From a virus (Duplodnaviria; Caudoviricetes): a stretch of 24,563 nucleotides of DNA. A model generated the notes under the pieces. The model was given only the letters and a program-made list of their open reading frames with translations, made no database searches and was not told the origin of the DNA. Where the stretch lies: positions 1-24,563 of the IMG/VR virus record IMGVR_UViG_3300031695_000028; one strand, given 5' to 3'. This document shows positions 18,125-24,563 of the stretch, piece after piece. A program made the position numbers and the translations under genes. The first letter of the stretch is position 1. Each line of letters opens with the position of its first letter.

Positions 18125-18883
18125 ATGAATAACTCAGAACGAAAAGTGTATGTTGATAAGACATATAAATTAACAAGAGATGTAGCTCCTTTATCTCTAA
18201 TACTAGCATCAAGACATACCCAAAGATTTCCTCTATTGTGGTTTGATGAAAAAAAAGGATTAAACAAACCTTTAAGATATGCAAGAAATCAAAACTCTCC
18301 CTTTCAGGATGAGCAAGATGACAATGCAATATTAGAGCCTATAATATTTGAGAACGGATTTTTATCGGTTCCAAAAAACAATCAAGTTTTACAGAAGTTT
18401 TTATATTTTCATCCTGGGAATGGAAAGATTTTTGAAGAATTAAATAAAGAGAAAGAAGCAGCTGATGTGGTTGAAGAATTAAACATAGAGGTAGATGCTT
18501 TAATTGAAGCACGTCAACTTGATGTAGATCAGGTAGAAAATATATCTAGAGTTCTATTTAATAAAAACATCTCGACAGTAAGCACGGCAGAATTAAAAAG
18601 AGATATTTTAGTTTTTGCTAAAAATCAAGCTAAAGACTTTTTGTTATTATTAAAAGACCCTATGCTAAAGTTAAACGCTACAGTACAAGGATTTTTTGAC
18701 AAGGGGTTATTAACCTTAAGAAATGGAAATAAAGAAGTGTGGTTTAACACTCCTTCTAACAAAAAGAAAATGCTAAATGTTCCTTACGGAGAGGAGCCTC
18801 TATACATGGCAGTATCTTTTTTTCAAACGGAAGAGGGTTTAGAGTTATTAAAGCATTTATCTGGATTGTCAAAAAACGTGTAA
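18125..18883 (+). CDS. Hypothetical protein downstream of the major capsid gene
   Basis: 252 aa ORF with an AATCW-repeat leader. No catalytic motif recognised. Confidence 0.8.
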   Translation: MNNSERKVYVDKTYKLTRDVAPLSLILASRHTQRFPLLWFDEKKGLNKPLRYARNQNSPFQDEQDDNAILEPIIFENGFLSVPKNNQVLQKFLYFHPGNGKIFEELNKEKEAADVVEELNIEVDALIEARQLDVDQVENISRVLFNKNISTVSTAELKRDILVFAKNQAKDFLLLLKDPMLKLNATVQGFFDKGLLTLRNGNKEVWFNTPSNKKKMLNVPYGEEPLYMAVSFFQTEEGLELLKHLSGLSKNV

Positions 18884-18984
18884 TAATATTTAGTATATTG
18901 TAGCTGTAAAAGGAGATAAGTTTCGCGACAGACTCTCTTTTTATAAAGAGTACTTTTGCGAGAGAGTAGCTTTTTTTCATAGTT

Positions 18985-19019
18985 ATAGCCCTTATTGCGA
19001 TATAAGGGCTATTTTATTT
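18985..19019 (+). terminator. Intrinsic terminator
   Basis: ATAGCCCTTAT-tgcgat-ATAAGGGCTAT, an 11-bp perfect stem followed by TTTATTT. Confidence 0.75.
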
Positions 19020-19023
19020 ATTG

Positions 19024-19031
19024 TATCTTTA
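19024..19031 (+). promoter_or_regulatory. -7 promoter box variant (TATCTTTA)
   Basis: Directly after the terminator and 30 nt before ATG 19062. Same 12-mer context as 9164-9175. Confidence 0.5.
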
Positions 19032-19035
19032 TTCT

Positions 19036-19374
19036 TTATTAACACATAAATTATTATTATTATGAATAAATACCTAAGCATACCGGTTACTAGTGAAGGA
19101 GATCAATTAGTTCCCGTAACAAATGTCAAACTAATTGAGGCGGCATCTACTACTTCTACGACTATTAATTATGGTTCGTCAAAAGTAATTACAATAACGC
19201 ATGCTGCAGTGCCAGCTAGCTCAACTAAGTTTAGAAACTTTTTACAAACAGAAATGGTTGCTGCTCTTAGTCTATCATGGACTAATGTAACTTTAGATAT
19301 TAAACCTGCTTATGCTGTATCTAATATAGACATTGCATAACATTATTATTAACACATAAATTATTATTATTATG
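19036..19374 (+). repeat. 29-bp perfect direct repeat TTATTAACACATAAATTATTATTATTATG at 19036-19064 and 19346-19374
   Basis: Read directly from the sequence. Each copy ends in the start codon of a paralogous gene. Confidence 0.95.
19062..19340 (+). CDS. Small structural protein, paralog 1 (possible capsid auxiliary/decoration protein)
   Basis: Shares M.K(Y/F)LSIPV...DQLV...I.Y...KV.T.T...Q...V.AL...WT.V with the next gene. Confidence 0.7.
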   Translation: MNKYLSIPVTSEGDQLVPVTNVKLIEAASTTSTTINYGSSKVITITHAAVPASSTKFRNFLQTEMVAALSLSWTNVTLDIKPAYAVSNIDIA

Positions 19375-19698
19375 GAAAAATTTTTAAGTATCCCAGTACT
19401 AGATGCTGGAGGAACATTAAATCAAGATCAATTGGTGTCGTGTTCTGGCATTGTAGCTATTGGTCAGACAACTACAACCGCTGCAGCAATAACCTACTTA
19501 GACGGAAAAGTTGTAACTCTTACATGGCCTGATGCTTATGCATCGCCTATTTTAGAGGTATCAGTTCAAAATGCAGTAGTAAGCGCATTAGAATCAGGAT
19601 GGACATCTGTGTCAGCGGATTATCTTCCAAAAGGAGCAACAGTAAACTTAGTTACTGGTGTAGTGTCTAACCCATTGAGTACAATAGTTTACTCTTAA
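19372..19698 (+). CDS. Small structural protein, paralog 2
   Basis: MEKFLSIPV...DQLV...VQNAVVSALESGWTSV. Leader identical to paralog 1. Confidence 0.7.
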   Translation: MEKFLSIPVLDAGGTLNQDQLVSCSGIVAIGQTTTTAAAITYLDGKVVTLTWPDAYASPILEVSVQNAVVSALESGWTSVSADYLPKGATVNLVTGVVSNPLSTIVYS

Positions 19699-19711
19699 AA
19701 TGATATCAACA

Positions 19712-20554
19712 ATGGAAAAATTTATAAACTTTAAACAACTTAACGTTGTTAAAACAGGAACGTCAACTGCTAATGGATCAGCAGCTTTGACACTAACAGA
19801 TTCTGCCGCTTTATTTACACAAAGTGTTTTCGTTAATGCAATTGTATGGGACAGAACAACTAATGTTGGACAAGGTGGACAAATGTATCTTGTTACTGCC
19901 GTTACCTCAGATACTGTACTAGCTCTAGTAGCAATAGGAGCTTCGGTTAGTAGAGGCGGAGGAGTGCCAGATGCAACAGGATATTTTATTTATAACCCAG
20001 AGAATACCGTTAAACAGAGCGGAACTGCTGATGGTACAGGATCGTATCAGTTAATCGACTCAACAGTTAATTTTGTTGCTGCTGGTGTTCAGGTAGGAGA
20101 TTCAGCTTATGATATAACAGGAGGAGCTACCGCTACTGTAACAGCGGTTGGTGTAACTACATTAACAGTAGACGCTGATATATTTGTAGGAGGAGATGTA
20201 TATATGGTATATCGAAAGGTAGCGGATAATCATGATAAATTAATGAGGTCAGCAGATTTAGGTTTTATAGAAAACACAGGTACGAACACTCTAAATTCCG
20301 AACTTAAATTAACTTATGGAGATAAGTCAGCTTCACAGATCTTATTAACTTATGCTTTTACCTCTTCTGCAGGAGCAGATGAAGACATGAGAAATGGTGT
20401 TCAAAATGCAGTAGTTGCATCTTTGCAAACGCCCTGGTCTAATGTAGCTTTTGATTTTACAGGAGTATTAAATAAAGAAGTTACGGCTGGAAACGTTAAT
20501 GATGGACCATTAGCAGGGCAAAACTTTTTTATATTAAGATTTCAAAAAGTGTAA
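19712..20554 (+). CDS. Structural protein, paralog 3, with two inserted beta modules (start at 19712 preferred over 19700)
   Basis: MEKF start and VQNAVVASLQTPWSNV match paralog 2. About 160 extra aa form two related modules. Confidence 0.7.
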   Translation: MEKFINFKQLNVVKTGTSTANGSAALTLTDSAALFTQSVFVNAIVWDRTTNVGQGGQMYLVTAVTSDTVLALVAIGASVSRGGGVPDATGYFIYNPENTVKQSGTADGTGSYQLIDSTVNFVAAGVQVGDSAYDITGGATATVTAVGVTTLTVDADIFVGGDVYMVYRKVADNHDKLMRSADLGFIENTGTNTLNSELKLTYGDKSASQILLTYAFTSSAGADEDMRNGVQNAVVASLQTPWSNVAFDFTGVLNKEVTAGNVNDGPLAGQNFFILRFQKV

Positions 20555-20582
20555 TATATAATCGTTATAAATTTAATAACTG

Positions 20583-20619
20583 AAAGAGGGGTCAACAAAA
20601 ATTGACCTCTTTTTTTTTT
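20583..20619 (+). terminator. Intrinsic terminator
   Basis: AAAGAGGGGTCAA-caaaaa-TTGACCTCTTTTT stem with G-U pairs, running into a 10-T tract. Confidence 0.85.
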
Positions 20620-20622
20620 ACT

Positions 20623-20630
20623 TATCTTTG
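20623..20630 (+). promoter_or_regulatory. Bacteroidota -7 promoter box (TATCTTTG)
   Basis: Exact TAnnTTTG match just after the terminator, 15 nt before ATG 20646. Confidence 0.6.
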
Positions 20631-20645
20631 TGTAAAAGAATAACA

Positions 20646-21860
20646 ATGATAAATTCTGTTAGGAATACAGTTTTAGCAATAATTAATAAAAACAACTACG
20701 GTTACTTATCGCCTAATGATTTTAATTTATTTGCAAAACAAGCACAATTAGATTTGTTTGATGAGTATTTTTTTCAATATAATCAACAGATAAATGAAGA
20801 AAACGCAAGGCTTTCAGGAACTGGATACGCAGATTTAAAAAAGGGATATGAAGAAGTTATAGATACATTTTCACAAACAAGTAGTTTGGCACAAACTTTC
20901 ACTACTCAGTCCACAGAGACTTCGGGAACTACTACAGCAGCAGCGCCAGCAGCAGCAGGAAATCAGTTAATTGATGGAACGGCAGCATTTACAGCAGATA
21001 TGGTAGGAGATATAGTCTCTATTAATGTAAATGGCGTAACCTCTAAAATATTAATAACAGCTTTTGTTTCGGCAACTACATTAACAATAGACTCCACTTC
21101 GATAACTACATTAGGTCATGTATATAGTATATTAAAAACCACGCAAGCTCCTGCAGGAGTTGATAATATATATGTGCTACCCAGTGCAGAGACAACAGGG
21201 TTTGATTATTATTTGTTAAATAAATTATTGGTATATAATACCATTACAGCAACCGGAACTACAACAGGCTTTGCTACAGCTGGTAATCAGATAAAAAACA
21301 CGAGTGCTGCATTTACTGCTGCATTAGTGGGAAGTACTGTGTCAATAGTTTTAAACGATAACGTTGTAACTACAGCGTTAATAACAGGCTTTACTGATCA
21401 ATTTATAATAACAGTTGATTCAACGAGTATTTTGTTTTCAGGATTAAAGTACGAGATATATGAGGAAGGTAAATTAAATAATGAAGCAGAGCAAGTGAGT
21501 AATTCTAAAATAACAATGCTAAATAATTCTATTCTTACTCCTCCCACTTTAAATTATCCAGCTTATACTCAAGAGGCTAATAATATAAAGTTATTTCCTG
21601 CGTCAATTAAGACTCAAGGTCAAGTAGTAGCTCAATATGTTAGGTACCCTAAAGATCCTAAATGGACCTTTACTTCAATATCAAACGGTGATCCATTGTT
21701 TGATCAAAGTCAAGCAGATTATCAAGACTTTGAACTCCCTATAGATGATGGAAATGATTTGGTATCTAAAATCTTACAATACGCTGGAATATCAATAAGA
21801 GAAGGGGATGTATTTAAATTTGGACAAGTTGAAGAACAAACACAAAACCAAGAACAATAA
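20646..21860 (+). CDS. Tail ring / head-tail connector-like protein with two inserted modules
   Basis: NKNNYGYLSPNDFNLFAKQAQ N-terminus and Y.RYPKDPKW...DFELP...LVSKILQYAGISIRE C-terminus resemble crAss-like ring proteins. The ATG at 20646 is preferred over the TTG at 20628. Confidence 0.7.
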   Translation: MINSVRNTVLAIINKNNYGYLSPNDFNLFAKQAQLDLFDEYFFQYNQQINEENARLSGTGYADLKKGYEEVIDTFSQTSSLAQTFTTQSTETSGTTTAAAPAAAGNQLIDGTAAFTADMVGDIVSINVNGVTSKILITAFVSATTLTIDSTSITTLGHVYSILKTTQAPAGVDNIYVLPSAETTGFDYYLLNKLLVYNTITATGTTTGFATAGNQIKNTSAAFTAALVGSTVSIVLNDNVVTTALITGFTDQFIITVDSTSILFSGLKYEIYEEGKLNNEAEQVSNSKITMLNNSILTPPTLNYPAYTQEANNIKLFPASIKTQGQVVAQYVRYPKDPKWTFTSISNGDPLFDQSQADYQDFELPIDDGNDLVSKILQYAGISIREGDVFKFGQVEEQTQNQEQ

Positions 21861-21862
21861 TT

Positions 21863-22783
21863 ATGGCTTACATAGATCAAAAAAAATATTATACTAATGA
21901 TACCAATCCTGCAAGTGAGGCCAATTGGGGGTCCTATCAATATGTAAGTTTAGCAGATATAGTAAACAATTTCTTATTAATGTATGATGGGAATCATTCT
22001 TTAGTAAACAATGAAAGCAGATACAAAATTTTGTTTCATGCTAAAAGAGGAATACAAGAATTAAATTATGATGCATTTAAAGAGATAAAATCTTTAGAGC
22101 TTACTGTTTATTCAGACCTAAGATTTGTTTTGCCCTCGGATTACATTAACTGGATTCGAATTTCTTTATTTAAAAATAATTCAATTTTACCTTTAACAGA
22201 AAACATACAGGTTCAATCAGCATTATCTTATGTGCAAACGGCTACTGCTGCATTTACTTATGACGCTTCCAATAATGTTGAGAAAGAGGCTTCAGATCTT
22301 GATACTGCAAGAACAAACGGCAATTTAAGAAGTATATATTTAAATCAAGTTAATGATAACGATAATGCTGCAGCGAACACGCCTTATAACGAAGATTTTT
22401 ATACCACAAATATTGGAGCTAGATATGGTTTAAATACAGAAACCGCTAATATGAATCCTACTTTTAGAATAGACAAAAAAGCAGGAGTAATAAACTTTGA
22501 CTCTACCATGGCCAACCAACAATGTATCTTAGAGTATATTTCGGATGGTATGGAAGGAGGGGTAGATTCGGAAGTGACGGTCAATAAAATGTTTGAGGAC
22601 TATGTTTATGCTTACATAAGATATGCTATACTAAACAATAAGTTTGGGGTGCAAGAGTACATAATAAACAGAGCACGAAAAGATAAAACAGCCTTGTTGC
22701 GAAATGCAAAAATTAGATTAAGCAATATTCACCCAGGTAGATTGTTAATGAACCTAAGAGGTGTAAATAAGTGGATAAAGTAA
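21863..22783 (+). CDS. Tail tubular/ring protein
   Basis: FHAKRGIQELNYD, LPSDYINWIRI, ILEYISDG, LRNAKIRLSN. Sits just before the stabilization protein. Confidence 0.7.
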   Translation: MAYIDQKKYYTNDTNPASEANWGSYQYVSLADIVNNFLLMYDGNHSLVNNESRYKILFHAKRGIQELNYDAFKEIKSLELTVYSDLRFVLPSDYINWIRISLFKNNSILPLTENIQVQSALSYVQTATAAFTYDASNNVEKEASDLDTARTNGNLRSIYLNQVNDNDNAAANTPYNEDFYTTNIGARYGLNTETANMNPTFRIDKKAGVINFDSTMANQQCILEYISDGMEGGVDSEVTVNKMFEDYVYAYIRYAILNNKFGVQEYIINRARKDKTALLRNAKIRLSNIHPGRLLMNLRGVNKWIK

Positions 22784-22784
22784 G

Positions 22785-23870
22785 ATGGGAAAAATACAAA
22801 GAAATTTTGTACTTGGGCGGATGAATAAAAGCCTTGATGAAAGGCTAGTACCTAATGGAGAATATGTAGACGCACTTAATGTAAGGTTGGGATCAACTGA
22901 AGCCTCAGAGGTAGGGTCGGTAGAAAACGCTAAAGGGAATTCTCAGATAACAGCTTTGTTTTTTCCTGACTCAGATACTTTAACAAATGTAAACTTAAGC
23001 TCTTCTGCACGAACCATAGGAGCTTATGAAGACGGAGCAAATGAAACTATCTATTGGTTTGTGCATGATCCTAGTTTTCCTTTAGGAGACACAGGAAAAT
23101 GTGATATGATATGCTCTTTTAACACAACATCTGCAATAATAAACTATCATGTTGTCAGTCTAGATGATGGTGGAGGAAACGATACAACATTAAATTTTAA
23201 TCCTCAAAACTTAATAACGGGAGTAAATATGATTGGTCGTCTGTTATTTTTTACAGACAACATTAACCCTCCAAGGAATATAAATGTAGATAACAACTAT
23301 GGTTCTCCTAAGTTTATAGTTAAACCTGTGGTAACTCCAGAACCTATTCCTCTTATAGCATGGAAATTTACAGCCGGGACATTTAGGCTTGGTAGTCTCC
23401 CAGCTCAAATAGGATTTCATCAAGGATCGCTGGCTGGATGTCCTGTATCAAAAGGAGAAATAGGGGTGGGAGAAACACCAACCACTAGTCAAATACCTTT
23501 ACCAGGAACAGGCTGTTATACCCTAACAGGTTCTATTCCAGCTAAATTTACAAAAGGCTATGCAATAGCGGGGGTAAATAATGCATCTCAATATGCCTTG
23601 TCAATGTTTCTTCAAAGTTCTACGGGAAACCCGGCTTTTGGCTTTACCAACTCATCAGGTACTGGCGCTCCAGGAACAGTAACACTACAAGGAACTGTAT
23701 TAGGAAGTGATGGGTCGAGCGGAACATGGTCGTGTAGCACTAATAGTGCCCCTAATTTTACAGACGGTAGTGGAGCGACCATAACAGGTCCGGAATCTGT
23801 AGACCCCGGTGGTACGTTGGAAGGAATAATCTTTAAGAATAAAGTAACTTATACAATATTTGTAAAATAA
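22785..23870 (+). CDS. Tail stabilization (muzzle-like) protein, N-terminal part, fused to an extra Gly/Ser/Thr-rich domain
   Basis: GRMNKSLDERLVPNGEYVDALNVR...GSVEN.KGN...LLFFTDNINPPRNIN is the N-terminus I recall for crAss-like stabilization proteins. Composition changes after a Pro-rich linker at about aa 180. Confidence 0.75.
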   Translation: MGKIQRNFVLGRMNKSLDERLVPNGEYVDALNVRLGSTEASEVGSVENAKGNSQITALFFPDSDTLTNVNLSSSARTIGAYEDGANETIYWFVHDPSFPLGDTGKCDMICSFNTTSAIINYHVVSLDDGGGNDTTLNFNPQNLITGVNMIGRLLFFTDNINPPRNINVDNNYGSPKFIVKPVVTPEPIPLIAWKFTAGTFRLGSLPAQIGFHQGSLAGCPVSKGEIGVGETPTTSQIPLPGTGCYTLTGSIPAKFTKGYAIAGVNNASQYALSMFLQSSTGNPAFGFTNSSGTGAPGTVTLQGTVLGSDGSSGTWSCSTNSAPNFTDGSGATITGPESVDPGGTLEGIIFKNKVTYTIFVK

Positions 23871-24563
23871 TGGCCTCATACATAGATCAATTTTCCGCAG
23901 AGTCTTTATTGGTAATAAAAAAACCCCCAGTAGCTGCTCCTCAAATAACATCTTCAAAGATAGCAGGAGAGAATAATTTTATGGAAGATAGGTTTTTATG
24001 TTTTGCATATAGATATCAATATGTAGACGGCGAATTTTCGGCTACTTCTCAATTTAGTAGTCCTGCGTTTGTCCCTAAGTCTTTTAGTTTTGGTTCCAAT
24101 AGTTTTTTGAACGAAGGTATGATTAACGCTGTAAATGCAGTAAATATATCATATAATACCGGAGGAGTTTTAGTAACAGGAATAGAGTTGTTGTTTAAAG
24201 AAATGAACGACTCGACAATAAAAGTTATTGAAAGATTTGATAAGGCTGAACTTGGATTGGGTAATGACAACATAGAAACTTATTTATTTAATAATCAAAA
24301 AATATTTACTGTTTTACCGGAGTATGAAATATTACGACTTTATGACAATGTTCCTTTAAATGCTAAAGCTCAAACTTTGATGGGCAATAGATTGATATAT
24401 GGAAACTACAAGGAAGGATATGATTTAGTAGATAGGTTTAATAATAAAGTAAATTTTGTTTTTGACACTACTTTACTTTCTACGGAAATAACCGAAACAG
24501 AAATTATAGCAACTACACAAAACGGAAATTATAATATAAACGGAAACCTTGATGTAGTAAATT
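23870..24563 (+). CDS. Tail stabilization (muzzle-like) protein, second part; truncated by the window end
   Basis: Hand translation from ATG 23870 (TAATG overlap), open to the window end: MASYIDQFSAESLLVIKKPP...FAYRYQYVDGEFSATSQFS...LRLYDNVPLNAKAQTLMGNRLIYGNYKEGYD. Missing from the ORF track because it has no stop in the window. Confidence 0.85.
   Translation, partial: MASYIDQFSAESLLVIKKPPVAAPQITSSKIAGENNFMEDRFLCFAYRYQYVDGEFSATSQFSSPAFVPKSFSFGSNSFLNEGMINAVNAVNISYNTGGVLVTGIELLFKEMNDSTIKVIERFDKAELGLGNDNIETYLFNNQKIFTVLPEYEILRLYDNVPLNAKAQTLMGNRLIYGNYKEGYDLVDRFNNKVNFVFDTTLLSTEITETEIIATTQNGNYNINGNLDVVN

Noticed and set aside
18756-18980. Antisense 74-aa ORF starting in the intergenic gap
   Set aside because: It overlaps the 18125 gene by 128 nt and has no motif. 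The region is better explained by hairpins and promoter boxes, though the ORF is not strictly excluded.
9164-20645. TTG starts at 9164 and 20628 given by the ORF track
   Set aside because: Both fall in or against promoter-like boxes. The downstream ATGs (9197, 20646) have typical A-rich leaders.
23310-23870. Intein, intron or homing endonuclease as the muzzle insert
   Set aside because: No intein His-Asn C-terminal splice motif and no LAGLIDADG, HNH or GIY-YIG motif is visible. The segment is in frame and has the composition of a structural domain.
701-24273. Minus-strand ORFs in the track and the + strand 4041-4286 ORF
   Set aside because: They overlap well-supported + strand genes and read as shadow frames (for example poly-Pro opposite poly-Gly), with no recognisable motifs.
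1-24563. Stop-codon reassignment as in some crAss-like phages
   Set aside because: Long genes are intact in the standard code. TAG ends the portal gene and TGA ends several genes at tight junctions. The muzzle split is at TAA with a frame change, so readthrough cannot explain it.
1-24563. CRISPR array, tRNA, rRNA, integrase or transposase
   Set aside because: No regularly spaced repeat-spacer series, cloverleaf or recombinase motifs were seen, and the intergenic gaps are too short for most of these.

Overview
AT-rich fragment of a tailed dsDNA phage genome with all credible genes on the + strand. The gene order and motifs point to a crAss-like, podovirus-type phage of a Bacteroidota host, probably aquatic Flavobacteria. 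The host inference rests on TAnnTTTG-type promoter boxes and A-rich leaders without Shine-Dalgarno sequences. Order: two tiny Cys-containing ORFs; head-spike-base-like protein and a short adaptor peptide; a fibre/adhesin cluster (LamG x3, cupredoxin-like, Gly-rich and Trp-rich repeat proteins); peptidase M15 endolysin and holin; tandem GroES-like protein; 2OG-Fe(II) oxygenase; terminase small and large subunits; portal; scaffold-like protein; major capsid protein; a conserved post-capsid protein; three paralogous small structural proteins; two tail ring proteins; and a tail stabilization (muzzle-like) gene apparently split into two ORFs, the second running off the window. The main observation is pervasive loop insertion of plug-in domains. 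One ~70-90 aa beta-rich module occurs five times in three unrelated structural proteins. LamG cassettes with near-identical DNA borders split a short linker domain twice. The muzzle-like gene is broken by an appended domain. All family assignments are from motif recognition by eye; no database search was run.
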